NCBI GenBank assembly: GCA_965219085.1
Contig: OZ244720.1
Span: 2,368,001-2,432,000 of the forward strand
DNA length: 64,000 nt
From: Dehalococcoidia bacterium
GTDB taxonomy: Bacteria > Chloroflexota > Dehalococcoidia > UBA2979
Reading direction: 5' to 3'
The notes beneath the pieces are model-generated. The model did not search any database. It saw only the letters and a program-made list of their open reading frames with translations, and was not told the origin of the DNA. Below are positions 18,834 through 27,749 of this stretch, in pieces (the first letter of the stretch is position 1; each line of letters starts with the position of its first letter). A program made the translations under genes and the position numbers.

Positions 18834-20924
18834 CTACCCCTGATCGTTTCCGGCCGGCCCCGGCGGTCCCGTCGGCGTCGGCTCGGGCGTTGGTTCTGGG
18901 GTAGGCTCGGGCGTCGGCTCCGGGGTTGGTTCCGGCGTCGGCTCAGGGGTCGGCTCGGGCGTTGGCTCCGGGGTGGGCTCGGGTGTCGGCTCAGGGGTGG
19001 GCTCGGGCGTCGGCTCCGGTGTTGCCTCGGGAGTGGGCTCGGGGGTCGGCTCGGGCGTCGGTTCCGGAGTGGGCTCAGGGGTCGCCTCGGGAGTCGGTTC
19101 CGGGGTCGCCGCGGCCTCTGATGTCGTGTCGTCCAAGGGTTCAGGTGTCGGCGTCGGCTCAGGGGTCGGCTCGGGCGTCGGTTCCGGCGTAGGTTCCGGC
19201 GTCGGACTCGTGGGAGCCGCGGCCGTGGGTTCGGGGTCGGCCACGCGCTGCGCGATCTGCTGGCCGACGAACACCACGCCGTCCGAGACGATCAGCGTCA
19301 CGTCGTACGTGCCGGCGCGCTGCGGCGCCCGCCACGCAACCAGGCCGCCAGTCCCCTCGATCTGGCCGCCGGACGCCGCCCACTTCGGGCGCAGGTACGG
19401 TCCGTGGGGCAGCAGCAGGTGCACTGCGTCGTCCTCGACGTAGTTGAGCACCACGTCCCACAGGTCGGGCAGCCCCGGGTCGGTCTGCGCCGCGCTGATC
19501 ACGACACCGCCGAGGCCGTAGCGGCTGGCGAGGTCGAGCCGGAACGCGGCCGAGTAGCGATTCTCGATCCAGACCGTGCGCGGGCCGCCGCGCGCCTCGT
19601 AGGCGAAGGTCACGACGCGTGCCCCGTTGTCCCAGTAGAGGCCGCTGTTGCCGGCGTCGCGGTCGAGGTTGACTGCGGCAACGGACACCACCTCGCCGGG
19701 TCCGATGGTCTCCGCCGCGCGGCTCTCCACCGTGCTCGCGAACGACAGCGCTTCGTGCAGCGTCAGCGAGCGCACGCCCTCGGCGGAGCGCTCCCGCGAG
19801 CGGCGGTCGAGCACGAGCGAGACGCGCCCGAGGTCCGTGCCGGCCGCCCGCTGCGCGCTGAGCGCTACCCCGACCTGGTCGTAGAAGAGGGTGCGGTTGG
19901 TCGGCGGCATCAGCCACACCTCGGTGGCCGCGGTGAGCGCATCCCAGTCGTAAGCGCCGAAGTCCGTGCCCGACGGCGTCGGCACGGTGACGACGAGGCC
20001 AAGGCCGCGCTCCTCGGCGCGCTCGGCGAGGGTGGCGACGAAGTCGCTGAACGCCTGGCGGCGCGCGCTGTCGAGCGCGAGGTACTCGATGTGGAGGCCG
20101 TCGGCCGCGGCATCCTCCGCGGCTGTGATGAGCGCGTCGGCGTGGTCTTCGGCGATGTCGGGGATCGTGAAGATCGCGTCGATGGTGGCTGCGTCGGAGG
20201 GCTCGGCGAGGTAGACGCCCAGGTAGACGTCCGCGCGGGTCGTGGCGCCCCGGGCGACGGTGAGCGCGCCGTCCGGGACATCGACGCCTCCCAGGGCTTC
20301 GCCGCCGGAGGGTGTCGCCGCGCGCACGCTGATGATGCCGGCGGCTGAGAGCGCCCCCACGTCGGGGGCCTCGCCCGGCTCGACGATGAGCGCCAGCGAT
20401 CGCGCGAACGTCGTGCGCGCCAGCACGGCGATGTTGGCCGGTACCTGGTCGACCTGCCCCTGCGCGGCGTTCCCGTCGTCGGTCAGCGCGATCGAGGCCA
20501 GGCGCGCCCAGTCGCCGTCCTCGTAGGTGTAGAACGCGAGGTGCTCGCTGCTGTCGGCCTGTTCGCTGAGCCGCACCGTGAGTGCGGCGGAGCCGGTGAA
20601 CTCGCCGTCGGTGGAGATGTCGTACAGCGCGCTGCGCGCGGTGAGGCCGGACGGCAGCGGCGGCAGATCGTCGCGGGCCTTCGTGCTGATGGAGGGCATC
20701 GAGTCGCCGTCGTCGCCGCGGTCGAGCAGCGAGATCGGGGGCAGCAAGAGCGCGGCAAGGATGATCCCGAGGACGGCGATGACGCCGACCACGCGCAGCA
20801 GGCCGCGGTCGCTCTCACCCTCGTAGCCGTCGTAGGGGTCGTATCCAAACTCGTCGTCGTCGCCGTCGAGGGGCTCGAACGGTTCGGAACCCGGGCGTGG
20901 GGACAGGGGATCCTGGTCCGACAT
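18834..20924 (-). CDS. membrane-anchored GH18-like TIM-barrel protein with Ig/PKD-like module and EPTP repeat tail
   Basis: N-terminal TM; ADGLHIEY, GAYDW and TVWIEN..S...RLDLA.RYGLGG motifs typical of YdhD/SleL-like GH18; GTYDVTLIVSDG beta-sandwich. Confidence 0.65.
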   Translation of the reverse strand: MSDQDPLSPRPGSEPFEPLDGDDDEFGYDPYDGYEGESDRGLLRVVGVIAVLGIILAALLLPPISLLDRGDDGDSMPSISTKARDDLPPLPSGLTARSALYDISTDGEFTGSAALTVRLSEQADSSEHLAFYTYEDGDWARLASIALTDDGNAAQGQVDQVPANIAVLARTTFARSLALIVEPGEAPDVGALSAAGIISVRAATPSGGEALGGVDVPDGALTVARGATTRADVYLGVYLAEPSDAATIDAIFTIPDIAEDHADALITAAEDAAADGLHIEYLALDSARRQAFSDFVATLAERAEERGLGLVVTVPTPSGTDFGAYDWDALTAATEVWLMPPTNRTLFYDQVGVALSAQRAAGTDLGRVSLVLDRRSRERSAEGVRSLTLHEALSFASTVESRAAETIGPGEVVSVAAVNLDRDAGNSGLYWDNGARVVTFAYEARGGPRTVWIENRYSAAFRLDLASRYGLGGVVISAAQTDPGLPDLWDVVLNYVEDDAVHLLLPHGPYLRPKWAASGGQIEGTGGLVAWRAPQRAGTYDVTLIVSDGVVFVGQQIAQRVADPEPTAAAPTSPTPEPTPEPTPEPTPEPTPTPEPLDDTTSEAAATPEPTPEATPEPTPEPTPEPTPEPTPEATPEPTPEPTPEPTPEPTPEPTPEPTPEPTPEPTPEPTPEPTPEPTPEPTPTGPPGPAGNDQG
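18872..19205 (-). repeat. 12-bp tandem repeat encoding (EPTP)n
   Basis: Many degenerate copies of GAGCCGACGCCC-type units in two blocks; synonymous variation at third codon positions. Confidence 0.9.
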
Positions 20925-20927
20925 GGC

Positions 20928-22064
20928 TTACTCCAGCCTCGGCGTTACGGGGATGACGAGTTGCTGGCCGCCCCGGAGCACGGTCAGTTCGGCGACCTGC
21001 CCCGGCGCGAGCACCTTCAACCGGTTGACGAACGGGTTTGCGAGGTCGACGGGCATCGAGTTCACCGCCACGATCAGGTCGCCCGTCTGCACTCCGGCGG
21101 CCTCCGCCGAGCTGCCGGGCTCGACGTTGGTCACGAGCGCGCCGGATAGCCGCGGGAGGCCCTCGGCCTCGGCCAGCTCCGGGGTCAACTCCATGTGCTG
21201 CACGAACGGGTACTCGATGCCGAGCCGCGGCCGGGGATGCACGCCCAGCGTGATGATGTTCTCGATGACGGGCCGCAGGCTGTCCGACGACTGCGCGAAC
21301 GCCACGCCCTCGACCGCCATACCCGTCGGCGTCTCGCGGACGACCGTGGTGAGCAGGCCGATGAGTTCGCCTGTGGCGCTGATCAGCGCGCCGCCCGAGT
21401 CGCCGAGGTTTACCGCGGCATCGGTCTGCACGAGGTCCTCGAGGACGACGCCGTTGCGCACCCACGATTGCTCCAGGCCGGAGACGACGCCGACCTTGAC
21501 GGAGTTGCCGCGGGTGAAGCCGGCCCCGGCGATGGCGATCACCGGCTGGCCGAGCCGCAGCACGCCGGAGTCCCCGAGGCGCAGGCTGCGCAGGCCCTGG
21601 CTGGGGATCGCCAGCACCGCGAGGTCGGTGTAGGGCGCGTCGTGCGCGACGAGGCGGGCGGGGCGCCGCTCGCCGTTGCTGAGCACGACGCTCATCTCGG
21701 ATGCGCCGCTGACGACGTGGAAGTTCGTGATCACGTACCCGGCGGTGTCGATCACCACGCCGGAGCCGACCGCGCGCTCCTGCGACATGCGGCCGCTTGC
21801 GTCGCGGCTGGCCGGTGTGTCGGCCACCACCGTGACCACGGCTTGCAGCGCGCGCTGGATGGCGGCGTCGAGGGCTGAAGCGGCGGCAGCACTCGCAGGT
21901 GCTTCGGTGGCAGGCACGATCGGCGTGGCCGTGGTCTCCGGCGGCTGCGGGGCGCCGTCGTCGAGCAGCAGCACGGTGACGCCGCCGGCGACGCCGCCGA
22001 CCGCGCCCGCGGCCACGGCGATCATCAGCGCGACGAGCACCGCGCCGGAGCTCCGGCTCTGCAC
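20928..22064 (-). CDS. HtrA/DegP-like serine protease with PDZ domain (start uncertain)
   Basis: GSGVVID, TNFHVV, TDLAVL, QTDAAVNLGDSGG, C-terminal PDZ; N-terminal TM. Confidence 0.9.
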   Translation of the reverse strand: MQSRSSGAVLVALMIAVAAGAVGGVAGGVTVLLLDDGAPQPPETTATPIVPATEAPASAAAASALDAAIQRALQAVVTVVADTPASRDASGRMSQERAVGSGVVIDTAGYVITNFHVVSGASEMSVVLSNGERRPARLVAHDAPYTDLAVLAIPSQGLRSLRLGDSGVLRLGQPVIAIAGAGFTRGNSVKVGVVSGLEQSWVRNGVVLEDLVQTDAAVNLGDSGGALISATGELIGLLTTVVRETPTGMAVEGVAFAQSSDSLRPVIENIITLGVHPRPRLGIEYPFVQHMELTPELAEAEGLPRLSGALVTNVEPGSSAEAAGVQTGDLIVAVNSMPVDLANPFVNRLKVLAPGQVAELTVLRGGQQLVIPVTPRLE

Positions 22065-22143
22065 TGGAGAGGGATTCGGCGAAACGATGGTGTGGCGTGC
22101 CCCCGGCCCGGGCCCCTGTCGTCCCGGTACCCCGCCGAGCGAG

Positions 22144-22152
22144 ATTCTATCA
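22144..22152 (-). promoter_or_regulatory. putative extended -10 promoter for the htrA-like gene
   Basis: Minus strand reads TGA-TAGAAT (TGn + TAGAAT). Confidence 0.45.
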
Positions 22153-22217
22153 TCTGCTAACGCACTCTCGCAGGCTAGGGGGCGGGTGGTCCGCGAAAGC
22201 GGGCGGCGATCCTCACG

Positions 22218-22246
22218 TTGCAACGGGCAGGGGCGAGCGTTAACAT
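22218..22246 (+). promoter_or_regulatory. sigma70-type promoter of greA-lysS operon
   Basis: TTGCAA-17 bp-TAACAT in an AT-rich patch. Confidence 0.6.
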
Positions 22247-22375
22247 AGACATAAGTTCTATCGGGCCGCGTCGGCGGGGGTCATCGCCCTGACTCGTCCC
22301 GGTCCTCCCGCCGGCTGCCCACGCGGCCGGCGGTCACGTTGCGATGGGAAGACGCGGACTGTTGCGGGAGTCTCG

Positions 22376-22849
22376 GTGATGGAAGAGCACGTACTCGTCA
22401 CACGCGAAGGCATCGAAAAGCTCAAGCAGGAGTTGACCGTGCTGCGCACCAACGGCCGCGCCGAGGTGGCCGCGGCCATCCACGAGGCGCAGGAACTCGG
22501 CACCGCCCAGATCGACGGCCAATACGAAGACGCCAAGAACCGCCAGGCGTTCCTCGAGGGCCGCATCCTCGAGATCGAGAACATGCTCGAACGAGCCGAG
22601 GTGATCGACGAGGAGGCGGCGCACCGCTCGCGCGAGGTGCGCATCGGCTCGACAGTGACGGTGAAGATGCCGAGCGGCGCCGAGCAGGACTTCCAGCTCG
22701 TCGGCCCCGCCGAGGCGAATCCCTCCGAGGGCCGCATCAGCCACGAGTCGCCGGTGGGCCGGGCGTTGCTCGGCAAGAGGCGGAATGACAAAGTGGACGT
22801 AAGCACGCCCGGCGGCAACGCCACCATGACCGTCGTTTCCGTCCGCTAG
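22376..22849 (+). CDS. greA: GreA-family transcription elongation factor (atypical tip)
   Basis: VTREG..KLKQEL, AKNRQAFLEGRI, GRISHESPVGRALLG; canonical position upstream of lysS. Confidence 0.9.
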   Translation: MMEEHVLVTREGIEKLKQELTVLRTNGRAEVAAAIHEAQELGTAQIDGQYEDAKNRQAFLEGRILEIENMLERAEVIDEEAAHRSREVRIGSTVTVKMPSGAEQDFQLVGPAEANPSEGRISHESPVGRALLGKRRNDKVDVSTPGGNATMTVVSVR

Positions 22850-22947
22850 CGACCGCTCGCGGACGCCGGCCGGGACACGCGGCGGCAACGAGAGCCGCCG
22901 TCGCTCCCACGATCCGCCGTCGACCCGGCGCAGCCCGAGGTGGCCAC

Positions 22948-24426
22948 ATGCCCAGCGAGCAGGAGCTGGTCGAACTGCGCCGCAGGAAGCGCGAGGCGCT
23001 CCTCGCCGAGGGTGACCCGTACCCCGCCACCATCAAGCGCAGCCACGAGATCGCGAAGGCGCGCGCGCTCTTCGAACGCAACGAGCGCGAGGGCCTCGAG
23101 GAGACCCGGCGCGCGCTCACCGTCGCCGGCCGCGTGATCGCGATCCGCGATATGGGACGCGCCGCGTTCATCGACGTGCGCGACGGCACCGGGTCGGTCC
23201 AGCTGCACTTGCGCCGCAACGTCCTCGGCGACGACTTCGCTCTGCTACCGCTCATCGACCTCGGCGACTTCGTCGAGGCGCGCGGGCGGGTGTTCCGCAC
23301 GCGCCACGGCGAGATCACGGTCGCTGTGCGGAGCTGGCGCGTGATCGCCAAGGCGCTGCGCCCGCCACCCGAGAAGTGGCACGGCCTCAGCGACGTGGAG
23401 ACGCGCTACCGGCAGCGTGAGCTGGACCTGATCGCCAACGAGCGATCGCGCGAGATCGCGCGCACCCGCGCGCGCGTCGTCAACGCGGTGCGGCGCTTCT
23501 TCGACGGCCGCGGCTTCATGGAGGTGGAGACGCCGGTGCTCCAGGAGCGCGCCGGCGGCGCCGCCGCCCGGCCGTTCTCGACGCACCACAACGCCCTCGA
23601 CCGCCAGCTCGCGCTGCGCATCGCCCTCGAGCTGCACCTCAAGCGGCTCATGATCGGCGGCTTTGACAAGGTCTACGAGATCGGCCGCGTCTTCCGCAAC
23701 GAGGGCATCTCGCACCGCCACAACCCCGAGTTCACGCTCCTCGAGTCCTACGAGGCCTACGCCGACTACCACGACGTGGCGCGCATGGTGGAGCACCTGA
23801 TCCGCACCGTCGTGAGCGATGTCACCGGCACGCTCGAGGTCGCGCACGGCGACCAGGTCGTGGACCTCGGCGCGCAGTGGGGGCGCACCACGTACCGCGA
23901 GGTGTTGCTGGAGCACACGGGCATCGACTACCTCGCGCACCCGGAGCCCGAACAGATGCGCACGCTCGCGCGCGACCGCGGCGTCGCGGTCGACGAGGGC
24001 GCCTCGTGGGGGACGGCGCTGGACGGGCTCATGTCGGCGTACGTCGAGCCGAAGCTCGTGCAGCCGACGTTCATCTTCGACTACCCCGCCGAGCTGTCGC
24101 CGCTCGCCAAGCGCAGGCGCGACGACCCCCGGCTCGTCGAGCGCTTCGAGCTGTTCGCGCTCGGCTACGAGCTGGCGAACGCCTACTCGGAGCAGAACGA
24201 CCCGGTCGAGCAGCGCCAGCGGCTGCAAGAGCAGGCGGCGATGGCGAGCGAGGGTGACGAGGAGGTCGAGGTGGCCGACGAGGCGTTCGTACGGGCGCTG
24301 GAGTACGGCATGCCGCCCGCGGGCGGGCTCGGCATCGGCATCGAGCGGCTGGTCATGCTCGTGACCGGCGAGCACTCGATCCGCGAGGTCATCCTCTTCC
24401 CCACCATGCGCGAGCCGGGCGGCTAG
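22948..24426 (+). CDS. lysS: lysine--tRNA ligase (class II)
   Basis: [46 protein letters not shown]. Confidence 0.97.
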   Translation: MPSEQELVELRRRKREALLAEGDPYPATIKRSHEIAKARALFERNEREGLEETRRALTVAGRVIAIRDMGRAAFIDVRDGTGSVQLHLRRNVLGDDFALLPLIDLGDFVEARGRVFRTRHGEITVAVRSWRVIAKALRPPPEKWHGLSDVETRYRQRELDLIANERSREIARTRARVVNAVRRFFDGRGFMEVETPVLQERAGGAAARPFSTHHNALDRQLALRIALELHLKRLMIGGFDKVYEIGRVFRNEGISHRHNPEFTLLESYEAYADYHDVARMVEHLIRTVVSDVTGTLEVAHGDQVVDLGAQWGRTTYREVLLEHTGIDYLAHPEPEQMRTLARDRGVAVDEGASWGTALDGLMSAYVEPKLVQPTFIFDYPAELSPLAKRRRDDPRLVERFELFALGYELANAYSEQNDPVEQRQRLQEQAAMASEGDEEVEVADEAFVRALEYGMPPAGGLGIGIERLVMLVTGEHSIREVILFPTMREPGG

Positions 24427-24429
24427 CGC

Positions 24430-24891
24430 GTGGGCCGGCTCATCGAGGACATCCACATCCACGCCGCGGCCGACGAGGTCTTCGCACGCATCGCGGCAAC
24501 CGGGAGTTACGGGGAGTGGCTGCCTCGCTGCTTCCACGAGTTCGACGGCGACGCCGGCGGCGCACTCGCGTGCAGGCTCGCGCTGCCGCTGCGCAGCGAG
24601 GCGGTGCGGCTCGAGCCCGCACAGGTCGAGGCGCCGGCGTTGCTGCACTTCCGCTCGGCCGAGGGCGGCGAGGCGTTCGACTCGCTGACGTGGCACGTCA
24701 ATGCCGAGGGGCCGCGCGAGGTGCACCTGGAGCTGCAGGCCGTTTACACGCCCTCGGGTGGCTTCCCTGGCGCTCTGCTCGACATGCTGCTGCTGCGCTC
24801 CTACCGCCGGCAGGCGCTGCGCGACGCGCTGTGGCGGCTCAAGTACGTGCTGGAGGGCAATGCCCCGCCGAGCGAAGGCGACCAGGCGTGA
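24430..24891 (+). CDS. SRPBCC/START-like family protein
   Basis: IHIHAAADEVF...YGEWLP N-terminus and C-terminal helix ALWRLKYVLE. Confidence 0.65.
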   Translation: MGRLIEDIHIHAAADEVFARIAATGSYGEWLPRCFHEFDGDAGGALACRLALPLRSEAVRLEPAQVEAPALLHFRSAEGGEAFDSLTWHVNAEGPREVHLELQAVYTPSGGFPGALLDMLLLRSYRRQALRDALWRLKYVLEGNAPPSEGDQA

Positions 24892-25577
24892 GCCGAGCCA
24901 CCGAGGCGCTGATCTTCGACCTCGACGGCGTGCTCGTGGACTCCGAGCCCGTGCACTGGCGCGCCTCGCACCGCCTCTTCGCGCCGCACCAGCTGACGAT
25001 GGAGGAGTACGAGCCCTTCGTCGGGCTCGCCATCGCGCCATACATGACGTGGGCGCGCGAGCACTTCGACCTCGACGCGTCGGTCGCCGAGTTGATCGAG
25101 CGCTACGCCGCCGCCGTGACCGCCGAGATCGAGTCCGGCCCGATCCCACCCCTCGACGGCGCACGCGAGCTCATCGAGGCCGCGCGCGAGCGCGGGCTGC
25201 GCGTCGGGCTCGCCTCGCAGTCGATCGCGAGCTGGGTGCACCCCACGCTGCGCGCCGCGAGCCTGGACGGCTCGTTCGACGTGGTCGTCACCGGGGGCGA
25301 GGTCGACCGCGCCAAGCCGGCGCCCGACATCTACCTGCACACCGCGCGCCTGCTCGGCGTCGCGCCCGCGGCGTGCCTCGCGATCGAGGACTCGCCGGCG
25401 GGGGTGCAATCGGCAGCCGCCGCCGGGATGCTCGTCGTGCAGTCGCGGCAGGCGTCGAGCGCGGCGCCGCCGCAGCCCGCCGCACACGTGGTCGTCGGCT
25501 CGCTGCGCGAGGTGGACCTCGACCGGCTGCCGGAGGCGTCGGTCGCGTCGTTTGCCCGCCCCGAGGGGTCACGCTAG
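24888..25577 (+). CDS. HAD-family phosphatase
   Basis: IFDLDGVLVDSE, KPAPDIYL, IEDSPAGV. Confidence 0.9.
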   Translation: MSRATEALIFDLDGVLVDSEPVHWRASHRLFAPHQLTMEEYEPFVGLAIAPYMTWAREHFDLDASVAELIERYAAAVTAEIESGPIPPLDGARELIEAARERGLRVGLASQSIASWVHPTLRAASLDGSFDVVVTGGEVDRAKPAPDIYLHTARLLGVAPAACLAIEDSPAGVQSAAAAGMLVVQSRQASSAAPPQPAAHVVVGSLREVDLDRLPEASVASFARPEGSR

Positions 25578-25586
25578 GCTCAACCC

Positions 25587-26081
25587 GTGGACCGTCACTT
25601 CACCGTCTCCGGCTTCCTCTCGCACGGCGGGCGCACGGCCCTGCACTGGCATCGCCTTGGCCTGTGGCTGCCGCCGGGCGGGCACGTCCAGCCCAACGAG
25701 GACCCGATCGAGGCCGTGCTGCGCGAGGTCGAGGAGGAGACGGGCGTCGTCGCCGCCGTCGTGCCCACCGCGCGCCCCTACCCGCACGAGCTGCCTCGCC
25801 AGTTGCCGGCCCCCGCCACCATCGGCGTGTACGACATCGACGAGCCCGGAAACCCGCACCAGCACATCGACTTTGTCTACTTCACGCGCCCGGCGTCGAG
25901 CGATGTCCCCGCGCTGCCCGACACCGCCGAGGGCTGGCGCTGGGTGGACGCCGATACGCTGCGCGCGCCGGGCGTGGTGCTGGAGGGTCCCGGCGGCGCG
26001 GCCGAGGTCCAGGAGGACGTGCGCCGCCTCGCCCTCGACGCCATCGCGGCGGTCGAAATGCTCGCCGCCGGCGTCGCCTGA
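25587..26081 (+). CDS. NUDIX hydrolase
   Basis: Nudix box PGGHVQPNEDPIEAVLREVEEETG. Confidence 0.9.
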   Translation: MDRHFTVSGFLSHGGRTALHWHRLGLWLPPGGHVQPNEDPIEAVLREVEEETGVVAAVVPTARPYPHELPRQLPAPATIGVYDIDEPGNPHQHIDFVYFTRPASSDVPALPDTAEGWRWVDADTLRAPGVVLEGPGGAAEVQEDVRRLALDAIAAVEMLAAGVA

Positions 26082-26094
26082 CGGACCGGGCGCC

Positions 26095-27417
26095 GTGCTC
26101 TCGATCCGCACCATCCGCGAGCAGACCGACGAACTCCGCACCGTGTTCGCGCGGCGCGGCGTGGACGCACCCCTCGACGCCATCGTGGAACTCGACCGCA
26201 GCCGCCGCGAGCTGCTCACCGAGGTCGAGTCGATGCGCGCCGACCGCAACCAGGCGGGGCGGCGCATCGGCCAGACCCGCGACCCCGAGGAGCGCCAGCG
26301 CCTCATCGACGAGCAGCGCGCCGTCGCCGACCGCCTCGACACGCTTGAGGAGCGCCTGCGCGAGCAGGAGTCGGAGCTGCGCGCACGGTCGCTCGAGTTG
26401 CCGAACACGCTGCACGAGGACGTGCAGGACGGCGGCGAAGAGGCCGGCGACGTCATCCTCGAAGGCGTCGGCGCGGCGGAGCCGTCGCGCATCGAGCCGC
26501 CCGTGCCCGTCGGCGGGGCGTCGGAGCCCGAGGCAGTCGACGACCGTCGGCCGCACTGGGAGATCGGCGAGGCCATGGGGCTGATCGACTTCGAGCGCGG
26601 GGCGAAGATCGCTGGCTCGCGCTTCTACGTGCTGCGCGGCCAGGCGGCGCGGCTGCAGCGCGCGCTCATCGCGTGGATGCTCGATCTCCACGGCGAGCGG
26701 GGCTTCGACGAGGTCTATGTCCCGTTCGTCGTGAAGGAGGAGATGCTCGTCGGCACGGGCCAACTGCCGAAGTTCGGCGAAACGATGTACCACGACGCCG
26801 AGGACGACGTGTGGCTCGTGCCGACCGCCGAGGTCCCCGTCACAAACCTCTACCGCGACGAGATCCTCGACGGCGACGTGCTGCCGATCCGCCACGTCGC
26901 CTACACGCCGTGCTTCCGCCGCGAGCGCATGAGCGCGGGGCGCGACATCCGCGGCATCAAGCGCGGCCACCAGTTCGACAAGGTCGAGATCGTCATCTTC
27001 AGCGAGCCCGACCACTCGTGGGCCGAGCACGACCTGCTCCTCAACGAAGCGCTCGAAGTCGTGCGCCAGCTCGGCCTGACCTACCGCGTGGTGCGCCTGG
27101 CCGCGGCCGACGTCACACAGTCCTCGGCGATGACGTACGACATCGAGGTGTGGGCGCCCGGCTCCGGCGAGTGGCTCGAGGTCTCCTCGGTGTCCAACTT
27201 CCTCGACTACCAGGCGCGCCGGGCGAACCTGCGCTACCGCGACGCAGACGGGCGCGTGCAGCACATGCACACGCTCAACGGCTCCGGCGTCGCGCTCCCG
27301 CGCACGCTCGCGGCCGTGCTGGAGCAGTACGACCGCGGTGGGTACATCGAGGTGCCGGAGGTGCTGCGCCCGTACCTCGGCGGCGCCGAGCAGATCGAGG
27401 CCGAGTCCGTCCCCTGA
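26095..27417 (+). CDS. serS: serine--tRNA ligase
   Basis: GTGQLPKF, PTAEVP, PCFRRE, HQFDKVE, EVSSVSN, HTLNGSG. Confidence 0.97.
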   Translation: MLSIRTIREQTDELRTVFARRGVDAPLDAIVELDRSRRELLTEVESMRADRNQAGRRIGQTRDPEERQRLIDEQRAVADRLDTLEERLREQESELRARSLELPNTLHEDVQDGGEEAGDVILEGVGAAEPSRIEPPVPVGGASEPEAVDDRRPHWEIGEAMGLIDFERGAKIAGSRFYVLRGQAARLQRALIAWMLDLHGERGFDEVYVPFVVKEEMLVGTGQLPKFGETMYHDAEDDVWLVPTAEVPVTNLYRDEILDGDVLPIRHVAYTPCFRRERMSAGRDIRGIKRGHQFDKVEIVIFSEPDHSWAEHDLLLNEALEVVRQLGLTYRVVRLAAADVTQSSAMTYDIEVWAPGSGEWLEVSSVSNFLDYQARRANLRYRDADGRVQHMHTLNGSGVALPRTLAAVLEQYDRGGYIEVPEVLRPYLGGAEQIEAESVP

Positions 27418-27445
27418 CGCACCTGTCCCCGCCCAGTCGGTCGGG

Positions 27446-27474
27446 TTGACAACTCAGTACGCACGTTCTATATT
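27446..27474 (+). promoter_or_regulatory. near-consensus sigma70 promoter
   Basis: TTGACA (27446-27451), 17 bp spacer, TATATT (27469-27474). Confidence 0.85.
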
Positions 27475-27501
27475 CCGAACACTCGTACGGGACAAGTGTT
27501 C
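27457..27501. promoter_or_regulatory. three tandem LexA/SOS-type boxes (GAAC-N4-GTTC family)
   Basis: GTAC-gcac-GTTC (27457-68), GAAC-actc-GTAC (27477-88), GGAC-aagt-GTTC (27490-501); each one mismatch from consensus. Confidence 0.75.
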
Positions 27502-27535
27502 TGTGTCTCGTCGGGTTGGCGACGGGGGGTGTGGA

Positions 27536-27715
27536 ATGCTGTTCGGGATGATGCTCGGACTCGTCCTGGGCGCCGCGGCGGTGCTGCTCATCGAGCAGTG
27601 GCTGCGCGCCGAGTTGGTCGACTGGCCCGGCGCGCCGAGGCGGCTGAGTGGCGGGAGTCACCTCGGTGGCCGCGGCCGGGCCGTTGGGTCGCTGCACCGG
27701 CGGTGGTGGTCGTAG
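27536..27715 (+). CDS. small single-TM protein under the SOS-box promoter (59 aa)
   Basis: MLFGMMLGLVLGAAAVLLIEQWLRAELVDWPGAPRRLSGGSHLGGRGRAVGSLHRRWWS; G-rich RBS; first gene after the promoter. Confidence 0.6.
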   Translation: MLFGMMLGLVLGAAAVLLIEQWLRAELVDWPGAPRRLSGGSHLGGRGRAVGSLHRRWWS

Positions 27716-27749
27716 CGCGCGCGAGACAGGAGGTCGCTAGACTGGCCGC

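Noticed and set aside
18872-19205. Regular short repeats as a possible CRISPR array
   Set aside because: In-frame coding 12-bp EPTP repeats without unique spacers; no cas genes.
22247-22258. AGAC-ataa-GTTC as an SOS box at the greA-lysS promoter
   Set aside because: Two mismatches in one half-site and only a single copy; too weak to call.
26461-26545. Pro/Glu-rich insertion in SerS
   Set aside because: Short extension in a variable surface linker; no intein or domain features.
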